A stretch of 34,632 nt of DNA from the sequence record DRR723986_9353; one strand, written 5' to 3'. The notes beneath the pieces are model-generated. The model was not told the origin of the DNA. It did no database searches and saw only the letters and a program-made list of their open reading frames with translations. Below, piece after piece: positions 7,985 to 17,187 of the stretch (position 1 is its first letter; every line of letters starts with the position of its first letter). Both the position numbers and the translations under genes were made by a program.

Positions 7985-9511
7985 ATGAGCAAACCACTCA
8001 ACCTGTTACTGATCCTCTTGGCTTTACAGCTAAGACCGCTTGTCGCGTTAGGGCAAGATGCCACTGGCGGCAAGTCAAAACCGAACGTCCTGGTCATCTC
8101 GATTGATGACCTCAATGACTGGGTCGGCTGCTTGGGCGGCCACCCCCAAGTGCAAACGCCCAATATGGATCGACTGGCGGCCCATGGGACTGTTTTCACC
8201 AATGCTCATTGCCAATCGCCACTGTGCAATTCATCCCGCACGAGCGTCATGACGGGATTGAGACCGACGACCACCGGCGTGTACGGACTAGCACCTTGGT
8301 TCCGAACGATTCCAGATTTTAGCTCATGGGAAACTCTTCCGCAGTATTTTGCAGCCAGTGGTTACGAAACAATCACATGCGGCAAAATCTACCACGATTC
8401 GTATCCACCAAGGGAGGTTCGTGGCAAAGGCGTGGAATTTGACCAGTGGGGATACCACGGAAGCGGCGGAAAGCCTCGCCCCGAAAAGAGAATCATTAGC
8501 GTCGCCAATCCAGAAGACGAGCAAAAATGGCATCCACTGATGGACTGGGGTGTTTTCCCTGAGTTCGACCACCAGCAGGACGACTACAAGGTTGCCACGT
8601 GGGCGGTGGACAAACTGGGAGCCCTAGCCGAAGAAAAGTCGTCCAAGCCATTCATGCTGTACTGTGGTTTTCGCCGCCCGCACGTTCCCTGTTTCGCACC
8701 GCAGAAGTGGTTCGACTTGTACCCCGAAGACACGTTGCAAATGCCACCGATGCTGAAGGGAGACCGGGACGATACGCCAATGTTCTCTTGGTACCTCCAC
8801 TGGAAACTCCCCGAACCGCGGCAGAGTTGGCTTGAGAAAGCAGGAGAATCGCGTTCACTTGTTCGAGCTTACCTGGCTTCCACCAGCTTTGTGGATGCGA
8901 TGGTTGGGCGAGTGCTCGACGGGCTCGAAAGCAACGGTTTGGCCGAAAACACTGTGGTGATCCTGTGGTCCGACCACGGCTATCACCTGGGCGAAAAAGA
9001 GATCTCCGGCAAGAACACGCTATGGGACCGCTCCACCCGAGTGCCACTTATCATCGCAGGCCCTGGGCTGAATCGCGGCCAACGATGCAATCAACCGGCG
9101 GAGCTGCTTGATATCTATCCAACGCTGATTGATGTTTGCGGTCTTGAAGCCCGTACTGGCCTTGAAGGACAAAGCCTCGTCCCACAACTCCAGAATCCAA
9201 ACGCCAGACGCGACCGCCCGGCAATCACGACCCACAACCAAGGGAACCACGGCATCCGCACTCAAACATGGCGTTACATTCGGTACGCCGATGGCAGTGA
9301 AGAACTCTACAACATGGTGGACGATCCTCACGAGTGGGAGAATCTAGCAGGCAATAGCGACTACGCGGAGCAGAAGAAGCAACTCGCCAAGTGGCTTCCG
9401 GAAGTGGATCGCCCAATGGCCAAAGGAAGCCGAGCGCGAGTGCTCTCGTGGGACGGTGAAACGGCGGTCTGGGAGGGACAACCAATCGTTCCATCGGAAC
9501 TGGAACGCTAA
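7985..9511 (+). CDS. Exported type I (formylglycine) sulfatase, iduronate-2-sulfatase/choline-sulfatase-like
   Basis: KPNVLVISIDDL, CNSSRTSVMTG (Cx[S]xR), GKIYH, RRPHVP, WSDHGYHLGEK and ELYNMVDDPHEWENLA motifs, with an N-terminal signal peptide. Confidence 0.93.
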   Translation: MSKPLNLLLILLALQLRPLVALGQDATGGKSKPNVLVISIDDLNDWVGCLGGHPQVQTPNMDRLAAHGTVFTNAHCQSPLCNSSRTSVMTGLRPTTTGVYGLAPWFRTIPDFSSWETLPQYFAASGYETITCGKIYHDSYPPREVRGKGVEFDQWGYHGSGGKPRPEKRIISVANPEDEQKWHPLMDWGVFPEFDHQQDDYKVATWAVDKLGALAEEKSSKPFMLYCGFRRPHVPCFAPQKWFDLYPEDTLQMPPMLKGDRDDTPMFSWYLHWKLPEPRQSWLEKAGESRSLVRAYLASTSFVDAMVGRVLDGLESNGLAENTVVILWSDHGYHLGEKEISGKNTLWDRSTRVPLIIAGPGLNRGQRCNQPAELLDIYPTLIDVCGLEARTGLEGQSLVPQLQNPNARRDRPAITTHNQGNHGIRTQTWRYIRYADGSEELYNMVDDPHEWENLAGNSDYAEQKKQLAKWLPEVDRPMAKGSRARVLSWDGETAVWEGQPIVPSELER

Positions 9512-9513
9512 CG

Positions 9514-10251
9514 CTACGACTGCTCGGTGGGTTTGCGGCCGATGAATTGGTAGAACGGCGTGCGAATGAATGGGATGTAGGGGACCTTGGACTTGGACTC
9601 CTGCATCCACTGCGTTTCAAAGTGATTCTGCAAGAAAGGCAAATGGTCTCTCGACGGAAACACATTGTCGCTAGCAAACCAAACTGGCCAGAAACTGCGT
9701 GTGAACCACCCGTGTCGCTTCATGCCCTCAGCGGCGTGTTTGCGTGACACATAGAAATCGACTACGCCGATCTGTCCGCCCGGCTTTAGGATTCGAAGGG
9801 CATTTTCAATTGCCGCAAACCAATCCGGGATCATCGTTAGCGAATAAGAAAACGTGACGATGTCCGCCCCGCCCGGTGGTGACCACTTGGTCGCATCTGC
9901 CTCGATGGCTTGCGCGTTGCTCCAGCCATGATCTTCAAAACGCTCGCGTGCCACTTTCAGCAATGACCCGGCTAGATCAACCACGTAGGCTTCTTTGAGC
10001 GATGGAACTTTGTCAGCAATGTACTCAAGGTTCGAGCCTGTTCCGCCACCAAGATCAACCCAGACTGCATTTTCAGGTACATCGATCGTCCTGAACAATT
10101 CCTCGCGCCCGTGCAGCAGGCGTTTCCGGAAGTCGTCATAAGCTTCTGCTTGACCTGAATAGAAGCTTTCCATTCGCGCCGCGTGGTCTTTGCCGCGGAC
10201 TGGACGCAACGCCAAATGATAGAGGATCTTAAGGTCTTGGATAAAACCCAT
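9514..10251 (-). CDS. btaB: SAM-dependent diacylglyceryl-homoserine N-methyltransferase (BtaB-like)
   Basis: MESFYSGQAEAYDDFRKRLLHGRE, WVDLGGGTG, TFSYSLTMIPDW and GVVDFYVS motifs. Cotranscribed downstream of btaA. Confidence 0.85.
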   Translation of the reverse strand: MGFIQDLKILYHLALRPVRGKDHAARMESFYSGQAEAYDDFRKRLLHGREELFRTIDVPENAVWVDLGGGTGSNLEYIADKVPSLKEAYVVDLAGSLLKVARERFEDHGWSNAQAIEADATKWSPPGGADIVTFSYSLTMIPDWFAAIENALRILKPGGQIGVVDFYVSRKHAAEGMKRHGWFTRSFWPVWFASDNVFPSRDHLPFLQNHFETQWMQESKSKVPYIPFIRTPFYQFIGRKPTEQS

Positions 10252-10292
10252 CAGTGCATTTCTGTTCAGGTAGGCTTGTTCTGTTCAGCTAG

Positions 10293-11480
10293 CTAGACGC
10301 TCAAATTTGCGATGTAGAAACTGCCATAGGTGTGAACACGATCCAGCTCATGTAGTTCACTCGCAAGCGGTTTATTGTATGTCAGTAGTTCGGGCAGCAT
10401 CTTCTGCTTCCCATCGTGGGAAACTTGGACTCGGTCGATAAAGTCGGTCTCAAGTCCACCACTCCGCCAAAGTACGCGTGTATCTGGTGCAGCACGCTGC
10501 AATATCGCCTGCCATTCCGATTCAAGCAACGGGAAGAAGTGGTCACTCAGCCAGTCCATGTGGTCGAGCAGGACGAAACGGGAAATTGGTTCGTCGCCCT
10601 TCTCCAGAAAGCCTTGTACGCTATCGGTGTGAACGGACAAGTTGGAACAGTCCTGGCTCTTAAGCGTCTGGAAATTATCCGGCTTGAGGTATTCCGGCGA
10701 GCAACTCGGTGTGTAGCTGCCCGTTATGTAGACTCGCCAGAAATAATTGTCATGAATCGGCAGCTTGGCAAAAACAGCTTCCATCGAATCTTTAATAAAC
10801 TGAACGATACCACCAGGGTATTGCTTTTCAATTTGCTGCCGCTGAGCTTTGGGGACTCCGAGCATTGAAAGCGTTGTGTCTCGGTTCAAAGCAAAACGCA
10901 TTGTCTTGCTCCAGAACTTGGCTTCGATCCGAGCATAGACCTCCTGTTGCTCTTCGACCGATCCGCACTCCATCAATTCATTGATTTCAGGTCGTATCTT
11001 GGCTACTTTGTCGATGTAGTAGCGAATTCCCCGAGCAAATTGACCGCTTGTGCCGCGATAGTAGAACGAGCGTTTTTCGCTGTCAAAGAAGCGTATCCAC
11101 TTGTCCCAATAAGTCTGAGCCCACTCGCCGAGTTCGGGGCGTAGCACGTCGCGGTAAATCTTACCGGCCTCGGGATGGTGGCCATCGCCAAACAGCTTGT
11201 AGAAGTCCTCGAACTCCAGCCGCCGAATTCCTGTCATCTTCAATTCCAGGAGCGCGTTCTGGCGCGGATTCATGTCGACCGCGTGTACGTGAGCAGGGCC
11301 ACAGAGAGCATAGTCGAGAGCATTGCAGCCCGCTGAAGTGATGACCAGCACGCGGTCACTGTCAGTCAGCTCAAGCGCTTTGCGGTCAAGTCGCGGGTCT
11401 TCCCAGCAGGTGTTGTAGACCAAGTTGTTGCCGTGAACAAACTTGAAGACGCGGCCGCTAATCCAGTTGCTTATCGACAT
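10293..11480 (-). CDS. btaA: SAM:diacylglycerol 3-amino-3-carboxypropyl transferase (BtaA, DUF3419)
   Basis: LVYNTCWEDPRLDR, ITSAGCNALDY, VDMNPRQNALLELK, DNYFW, LLDHMDW and DRVHTYGSFYI motifs, all characteristic of BtaA/BTA1. Confidence 0.9.
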   Translation of the reverse strand: MSISNWISGRVFKFVHGNNLVYNTCWEDPRLDRKALELTDSDRVLVITSAGCNALDYALCGPAHVHAVDMNPRQNALLELKMTGIRRLEFEDFYKLFGDGHHPEAGKIYRDVLRPELGEWAQTYWDKWIRFFDSEKRSFYYRGTSGQFARGIRYYIDKVAKIRPEINELMECGSVEEQQEVYARIEAKFWSKTMRFALNRDTTLSMLGVPKAQRQQIEKQYPGGIVQFIKDSMEAVFAKLPIHDNYFWRVYITGSYTPSCSPEYLKPDNFQTLKSQDCSNLSVHTDSVQGFLEKGDEPISRFVLLDHMDWLSDHFFPLLESEWQAILQRAAPDTRVLWRSGGLETDFIDRVQVSHDGKQKMLPELLTYNKPLASELHELDRVHTYGSFYIANLSV

Positions 11481-11709
11481 TGCTTCGTTTCTCTAGTCTC
11501 CGCCGCAAAGCACGCGGCGCTTTGTCCCAAACAAGCAGCACCCTCCAAACACCTTGAAAAGGGATCAAGCTGTGCCGCTTCGTAGCGGAGAATCGTAGCC
11601 GTTTTTCCCCAATTCCGCGAGGGTGCCCCTCCTTCCCTTAGTACGTACTCGCCGGACAAATACGATTATTTAGAACGAAGATTCATTCAGGAACGATTTT
11701 ACCTGCTCC

Positions 11710-11729
11710 GCTCAAAGCCGCCTTTGAGC
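11710..11729. promoter_or_regulatory. Perfect 8-bp inverted repeat GCTCAAAG-ccgc-CTTTGAGC (operator or 5' UTR hairpin)
   Basis: Read directly in the btaA/DUF393 divergent intergenic region, 25 bp before the DUF393 ATG. Confidence 0.4.
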
Positions 11730-11754
11730 TCGGCCATCAGGACGGACCTCAACC

Positions 11755-12192
11755 ATGTCCAATGACTTACAAGTTGAAACCCAGCCTACGGGGCAGTCGA
11801 TGCCGCAATTAGCACCTGGCAAACACGTCGAAGTGTTTTACGACAGTGATTGTCCGTTGTGCGATAAGGAGATTCGCGTTCTGAAGTGGCTTGACCGACA
11901 CAAACGTGTGCAGTTTACCGATGTCGCAACAAAGGGTTTCAACGCCGCCCGGTACGACCTAACCTTTGACGATTTCATGGACGAGATTCAGGGGCGGCAA
12001 TCCGATGGAACCTGGATAACTGGTGTTGAGGTCCTTCGGCAAGTTTATGCTGCAGTCGGATTTGGAATCCTTGTTGCCCCAACCCGACTGCCTGGAATTT
12101 CGCACTTGCTCGATTGGTTCTACGCCATCTTCGCCCGGAACCGACTCAAATGGACAGGGCGTTGCAAAGACCAATGCACTATCGAGAAATAG
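11755..12192 (+). CDS. DCC1-like thiol-disulfide oxidoreductase family protein (DUF393)
   Basis: VFYDSDCPLC (DxxCxxC), G..ITGVEVLRQVY and YAIFARNRLKWTGRC motifs. Confidence 0.88.
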   Translation: MSNDLQVETQPTGQSMPQLAPGKHVEVFYDSDCPLCDKEIRVLKWLDRHKRVQFTDVATKGFNAARYDLTFDDFMDEIQGRQSDGTWITGVEVLRQVYAAVGFGILVAPTRLPGISHLLDWFYAIFARNRLKWTGRCKDQCTIEK

Positions 12193-12256
12193 GGTACTCA
12201 ATAGCACGACGCTGAAACATCCGCAGAATGCTCACTGACGTGCACGAACACTGCCA

Positions 12257-12823
12257 TCAAAGGCCGAGGCCAGAGGCAATTCGAGCACCAACTTCTTCAA
12301 CGCTGCCGAAACCATCAACGCGGATCAGACGACTCGATTGCGCGTAATAGTCGGCAATTGGGAGCGTAACCTGTTCAAAGACACGCAGTCGATGCTCGAT
12401 CGCTGCGTCGCTGTCGTCAGGACGGTTCTCGGCCTTGGCTCGAATGCGAAGCCTCGACTTGAGTTCATCTGCTGGCAGGGTAAGCAGAACGCATGCGCGG
12501 ATGCCTTCCTTTGCTACAAAGCGGCGATCCAGTTCTTCCGCTTGAGCAACGGTTCTTGGAAAACCGTCAAACAAGCAGGTCTGCTGCTTGTCCGCACGAG
12601 CATCGAGCCACTGCGCAACTAACTGCAGAACAAAGTGATCCGGCGCGAAATTGCCGTCGTCGAGACGATGTGCGATCCATCGCGAAAGCGCGTTGCCTTG
12701 AGCGATGATTTCCCTGAGCAGTTCACCGGTAGACACGTGAGTTAGCCCGAACTCGTGTCCCAAACGCCGACATTGCGTCCCCTTGCCTGATCCGGGAGGC
12801 CCTAGAAAAACGATATGGCCCAA
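12257..12823 (-). CDS. adk: Adenylate kinase, short LID-less type
   Basis: GPPGSGKGTQ, HVSTGELLR, FDGFPRT and RPDD motifs, downstream of secY. Start set at TTG 12823, 5 nt after GGAGG. Confidence 0.93.
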   Translation of the reverse strand: MGHIVFLGPPGSGKGTQCRRLGHEFGLTHVSTGELLREIIAQGNALSRWIAHRLDDGNFAPDHFVLQLVAQWLDARADKQQTCLFDGFPRTVAQAEELDRRFVAKEGIRACVLLTLPADELKSRLRIRAKAENRPDDSDAAIEHRLRVFEQVTLPIADYYAQSSRLIRVDGFGSVEEVGARIASGLGL

Positions 12824-12924
12824 GATCGCCTCCCTGATCCAAGCGGAAGAAGTGGCCGACGAGACTCGAAACCAATTCAACCAAACGGCAGATCTGGCAT
12901 TCGCAGTTGTCTACAGACCAGCAA

Positions 12925-12943
12925 GCACACCGCCAGGGTGTGC
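12925..12943 (-). terminator. Hairpin GCACACC-N5-GGTGTGC just after the secY stop (stabilizer or weak terminator)
   Basis: Perfect 7-bp stem 11 nt downstream of secY, with only a weak U-tract (TTGCT). Confidence 0.35.
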
Positions 12944-12954
12944 CGAAGCGAGGA

Positions 12955-14316
12955 CTAGGACTCAAGCAGTCCCTTGTAATTCCGCATCAGCAGGTGATTG
13001 TCGATCTTTTGAATCAGATCGAACGCAACACTCACCGCGATCAACAGACTTGTTCCACCGTAGAAGGCTGCCACTGTAAATGGCACGTCTAGCTGAAGGC
13101 TAATCAGGTTTGGAATGACGGCGACAACCGCCAAGAAGCCAGCTCCAACGTATGTGATTCGGAGCATGACCTTTTCAAGGTAATCAGCCGTTCTCTTGCC
13201 CGGGCGATATCCAGGAATAAACGTCCCCTGATCCTTCAAGTTCTCGGACATTTCCTTCGGGTTGAAGGTGATCGATGTCCAGAAGTAACAGAAGAAGAAG
13301 ATCAGTGCGATGAAGGTCAGTACGTAAGTGAGTGACTGCCCACTGCGGAAGGCGTCCGCTAAGAACTGGAAGGAGTCGGCGAAGAACGTCATCGTCTCGC
13401 TCTCAGGGTTCACGAACCACGCAGCGATCGCCGCAAACAGAACACCGGGGAGCATCAACAGACTGCTCGCGAAGATGATCGGCATAACACCGGCTTGGTT
13501 GATTCGTAGTGGCAGGTACTGCTTCGTTCCACCGTAAACACGGCGACCGCGAACGTGCTTCGCACTCTGCGTTTGAATCCGACGCTGACCGAGCGTGATG
13601 AAGACCACACCGAACACAACAGCGATGAACAGGAACGCCAGTACTAGAAGCTTGTCTGGACCGATCTCACCTGACGAACCACTAAGCTCGGTCGTCATGT
13701 TGCCCTGCAGTTCAAGCAACGCACCCGGCATTTGAGCCAGAATACTCGCCATGATCAAAAGGCTGATTCCATTGCCAATGCCGTATTCGTCAATCTGCTC
13801 ACCGAGCCACATCAGGAATACAGTACCGCACGTCATGATAGCAATGGCAGTCAACTGCCATCCCCAGTGAAGCGTGCTGGAGTTTTCGTAACAAAATTGG
13901 GTCGCAACACCACCTGGCATAACGACATATCGCAAGAACACCCAACTTTGAATAACACACAGCACCACCGTCAGGTAGCGTGTGTACTCAGTGATCTTCC
14001 GCTGGCCAGTTTGGCCTTCTTTACGGAGTCGCTCTATGGGTGGCCAAACGCTCCCCAAGAGCTGGAAGACGATAGATGCTGAGATATACGGCATGATACC
14101 GAGACCGAAGATCGTCACCTGACGAAGGTCGGTTGCGGCGAACACCGAGAATCGTTCGAGGAAGCTATCGAGCTGGCCTCCGGTGCCTGTGTCCGTCCCG
14201 ATGAAGGGAAGCCGAATCTGGTAACCAATTCGGTAAACACCTAAGAGCGCTAGCGTCAGAAGGATCTTTTGACGAAGCTCAGGTATCGTGAAAACAACCC
14301 TGATTTTTTCCCACAT
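12955..14316 (-). CDS. secY: Preprotein translocase subunit SecY
   Basis: IFGLGIMPYISASIVFQLL, WLGEQIDEYGIGNGISL, PLRINQAGVMPIIFAS, FIPGYRPG and YGGTSLLIAV motifs. Confidence 0.99.
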   Translation of the reverse strand: MWEKIRVVFTIPELRQKILLTLALLGVYRIGYQIRLPFIGTDTGTGGQLDSFLERFSVFAATDLRQVTIFGLGIMPYISASIVFQLLGSVWPPIERLRKEGQTGQRKITEYTRYLTVVLCVIQSWVFLRYVVMPGGVATQFCYENSSTLHWGWQLTAIAIMTCGTVFLMWLGEQIDEYGIGNGISLLIMASILAQMPGALLELQGNMTTELSGSSGEIGPDKLLVLAFLFIAVVFGVVFITLGQRRIQTQSAKHVRGRRVYGGTKQYLPLRINQAGVMPIIFASSLLMLPGVLFAAIAAWFVNPESETMTFFADSFQFLADAFRSGQSLTYVLTFIALIFFFCYFWTSITFNPKEMSENLKDQGTFIPGYRPGKRTADYLEKVMLRITYVGAGFLAVVAVIPNLISLQLDVPFTVAAFYGGTSLLIAVSVAFDLIQKIDNHLLMRNYKGLLES

Positions 14317-14357
14317 CAATCCTGTCCTCGTGGAGAATCTTTCGCGAGACGCTCGAA

Positions 14358-14852
14358 CTAGGCCTTCTTGGCCAGTTCAGCAACGCGTTGCTGCGGAGTT
14401 CGCTTCGCTTGTAGTTTTTCAACAGTTCCGCCAGCGGCGGTGATCTTCTCTTCAGCAGACTTGCTGAATCGGTGTGCCTTGACCGTCAGAGCCTTGTCGA
14501 TCGCGCCGTCGCCGAGAATCTTGATCTCGTCGAATCGCTTCTTAACAATGCCCTTAGACTGAAGGATCTCCGGAGAGACTTCCTCGCCGGCTTCAAACAC
14601 GGCTGCCAAGTCACCGACATTGAGCGCAATGACGGTTTCGGCAAACTTGTTGAAGAAGCCACGCTTTGGGATACGGCGAATCATTGGCAGGTCTTCACCG
14701 ACCTTACCTGGGTGCCGCGAAAAGCCTCGGCGAGACTTCTGACCATCTTGTCCACGGCCAGCCGTCTTTCCTTGACCGGAAGCGTTACCGCGTCCAATCC
14801 GTTGCGCTTTCTTGCGCCGGCTTATGCCTCGATTGACGTCATCAATTCTCAC
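14358..14852 (-). CDS. rplO: 50S ribosomal protein uL15
   Basis: RIGRGNASGQGKTAGRGQDGQKSR, IPKRGF, KILGDG and FSKSAEEKITAAGG motifs. GTGA overlap with the rpsE stop. Confidence 0.98.
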   Translation of the reverse strand: MRIDDVNRGISRRKKAQRIGRGNASGQGKTAGRGQDGQKSRRGFSRHPGKVGEDLPMIRRIPKRGFFNKFAETVIALNVGDLAAVFEAGEEVSPEILQSKGIVKKRFDEIKILGDGAIDKALTVKAHRFSKSAEEKITAAGGTVEKLQAKRTPQQRVAELAKKA

Positions 14853-15340
14853 GACAGGTTCACTCCACGTAGCAGTTCGACGTCTTCCTTCGTTCGTAGT
14901 TGCTCTAGGGCGTTGAACGTCGCCTTGACCAATACCGAAGGGTTATTCGAGCTGAAACTCTTTGTCAAAATATCCTTAATGCCAGCCGCTTCGCAAACAG
15001 CACGAACTGCAGGCCCAGCGATGATACCAGTACCGGGGTTAGCTGGAAGCAAAATGACCTTCGCTGCTCCATACTCACCGACAACGCGGTGGGGGATGGA
15101 ACCATCAACGATCGGTACATCGACCGTGTCGCGATTGGCTTGCTTCTGTGCTTTTTGGACGCTAGGCGGTACTTCATTCGCCTTGCCATAGCCGAAGCCG
15201 ACCTTGCCCTTGCCGTCTCCGACAACAACGAGTGCGGCGAAGCTAAAACGACGACCACCTTTCACGACGGCTGCACATCGCTTGATCTTCAAGACTCGTT
15301 CAATCGAGCCATCTGCATTTTGGTCTGATGCGTTGGACAC
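14849..15340 (-). CDS. rpsE: 30S ribosomal protein uS5
   Basis: VVKGGRRFSFAALVVVGD, GKANEVP and PGTGIIAG motifs. Confidence 0.99.
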   Translation of the reverse strand: MSNASDQNADGSIERVLKIKRCAAVVKGGRRFSFAALVVVGDGKGKVGFGYGKANEVPPSVQKAQKQANRDTVDVPIVDGSIPHRVVGEYGAAKVILLPANPGTGIIAGPAVRAVCEAAGIKDILTKSFSSNNPSVLVKATFNALEQLRTKEDVELLRGVNLS

Positions 15341-15411
15341 CGGCGAAAACCCCGTTAAATTTCAATGACTGCTTCCGAACTGAATCGTCTGTGCCGGAAG
15401 CGATGTGTTAC

Positions 15412-15768
15412 CTAGAGTTCGATACCTGCTTCGCGAACGGCGTTCGCAAATGCGGCGACGCGACCGTGATACTTGCATGACCCGCGGTCAAGTCGAACTG
15501 ATTTAACCCCTGCAGCCGATGCCTTCTCAGCGATAGCCTTACCCACTGCCGCAGCAGCGTCGCAGTTACCACCGTTGCCAGTCGAACCATCTTTCGTAGA
15601 CGCACTCGCGAGAGTCGTCCCCGTCGAATCGTCGATTAGTTGGCAATAGAAGTGCTTCAGTGTCCGGTTCACGCACAACCGTGGCCGGCTTGCATCACCT
15701 CGAACCTTCTTCCGAACTCGGAAGGTACGACGCTTGCGTTGGTTATTGATGATCTTCTTTAGTTTCAC
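15412..15768 (-). CDS. rplR: 50S ribosomal protein uL18
   Basis: RPRLCVNRTLKHFYCQLIDD and DRGSCKYHGRVAAFANAVREAG motifs. Confidence 0.98.
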   Translation of the reverse strand: MKLKKIINNQRKRRTFRVRKKVRGDASRPRLCVNRTLKHFYCQLIDDSTGTTLASASTKDGSTGNGGNCDAAAAVGKAIAEKASAAGVKSVRLDRGSCKYHGRVAAFANAVREAGIEL

Positions 15769-15830
15769 GTTACACCACCTTTGGTCAACGCACCAGTGTG
15801 CGTCAGGCTCTGCGAATCTGTATTTTAAGA

Positions 15831-16373
15831 CTAGGTTGCCGACTTACCAGGCTTCAGCTTGACTTGCTCGTCCTGGTAGCGAATGCCCTTACCCTTGTAA
15901 GGCTCCGGCTTCCTGAGTGCTCGAACCTCGGCCGCGAATTGTCCGACCAGTTGCTTGTCGCAACCCTGCACAACAATGTGTGTCTGATCAGGACAGGTCA
16001 CCTTCAGCTCGTCTGGAATGATCTTCTTGAGCTCGTTGGCATAACCAACACGCAGTTGAAGTTCTTTCCCAGAGACCGCAGCGATGTAACCAACACCGAC
16101 AACCTCAAGCTTTCGCTCGTAGCCATCCTTCACGCCCTTGACCATGTTTGCGATCAAGGCACGAGTCAGTCCGTGGAGTTCACGGGAAGGACGGTCGTTC
16201 ACCTCACGGGAAACGTTTACCGTCTTGCCATCCTCAGAAACCTCGACGGTAACTTGAGGCTTGTGCTCGAACGACAAAGTTCCTTGAGGACCTTTGACAG
16301 TGATGAGCCTATCTTTCACCGACACTTCGACTTGATCGATGACTTCTACAGGCTTTTTACCGATACGCGACAT
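15831..16373 (-). CDS. rplF: 50S ribosomal protein uL6
   Basis: MSRIGKKPV and RKPEPYKGKGIRY motifs. Confidence 0.99.
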   Translation of the reverse strand: MSRIGKKPVEVIDQVEVSVKDRLITVKGPQGTLSFEHKPQVTVEVSEDGKTVNVSREVNDRPSRELHGLTRALIANMVKGVKDGYERKLEVVGVGYIAAVSGKELQLRVGYANELKKIIPDELKVTCPDQTHIVVQGCDKQLVGQFAAEVRALRKPEPYKGKGIRYQDEQVKLKPGKSAT

Positions 16374-16433
16374 GGCTCGGCCAACTCAATAAATGTTCTA
16401 AATTTGTAACTGACAGTAGCAATGACGGAGCGG

Positions 16434-16829
16434 TTAGCAGACTTCGCAGAGGACTTCTCCTCCGATGTTCTGCTGCCGTGCCTCGCGGTCACTGACCATA
16501 CCCTTGCTGGTGCTGATTATCGAGATTCCCAGGCCGTTTAGGACCGGACGCAAATCTCGACTCTTGCTAAATACTCGACGACCAGGCTTGCTGACGCGTT
16601 GGATTGTCTGGATGACGCGCTCGCCGTTGGGCCCGTATTTGAGCTCCAAACGTAGTTGCCTGACGGGCTCGCCTTCAACTTCGGCGTAGTCCCAAATGTA
16701 GCCCTCACGCTTCAATACTTCAGCAACACCAAGCTTCACACGTGAAGTAGGCATGTCCACGTGTTGGCGTTCCACTCGAACTGCGTTGCGAATTCGCGTC
16801 AGCATGTCAGCGATAGGGTCGGTCATCAT
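16434..16829 (-). CDS. rpsH: 30S ribosomal protein uS8
   Basis: MTDPIADMLTRIRNA, RVSKPGRRV and GGEVLC motifs. Confidence 0.99.
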   Translation of the reverse strand: MMTDPIADMLTRIRNAVRVERQHVDMPTSRVKLGVAEVLKREGYIWDYAEVEGEPVRQLRLELKYGPNGERVIQTIQRVSKPGRRVFSKSRDLRPVLNGLGISIISTSKGMVSDREARQQNIGGEVLCEVC

Positions 16830-16940
16830 CGCGAAATGTAATCCTTATGCAACAATCTGGTGCGGTCTAGCTACCGGTCACCACTCTTACGCTGCTCGGC
16901 AAAGCCGAACGCTCAATTGTCATTAATTGCCAACGTTAAC

Positions 16941-17126
16941 TTACCAACTCGCCTTGCGAACACCAGGAATCAAACCCTGGTCAGCCAGCTTCCGAAAGCA
17001 GATCCGGCAGATGCCGAACTTGCGGTATACACCTCGAGGTCGCCCACAAAGCTTGCAACGATTCTCACGACGTGCTGAGAACTTTGGGGTTCGATTTGCT
17101 TTCGCTATTTTGCTTTTGCTTGCCAC
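16941..17126 (-). CDS. rpsN: 30S ribosomal protein uS14, type Z (Zn-binding, 61 aa)
   Basis: [23 protein letters not shown]...IPGVRKASW, with a CxxC-x12-CxxC zinc motif. Confidence 0.98.
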   Translation of the reverse strand: MASKSKIAKANRTPKFSARRENRCKLCGRPRGVYRKFGICRICFRKLADQGLIPGVRKASW

Positions 17127-17187
17127 CGGACAATTTTCCGCGTAATCATTGGTTAAATAATGCTGTGAATCGTAGCTGACCGAACAC

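Noticed and set aside
7985-10251. Functional link between the choline-sulfatase-like gene and btaAB (stops 2 bp apart)
   Set aside because: The genes are convergent, DGTS synthesis does not use choline, and the sulfatase substrate is unknown.
11481-11754. Pho box upstream of btaA
   Set aside because: No CTGTCAT-like 11-bp-period direct repeats were found on either strand by eye.
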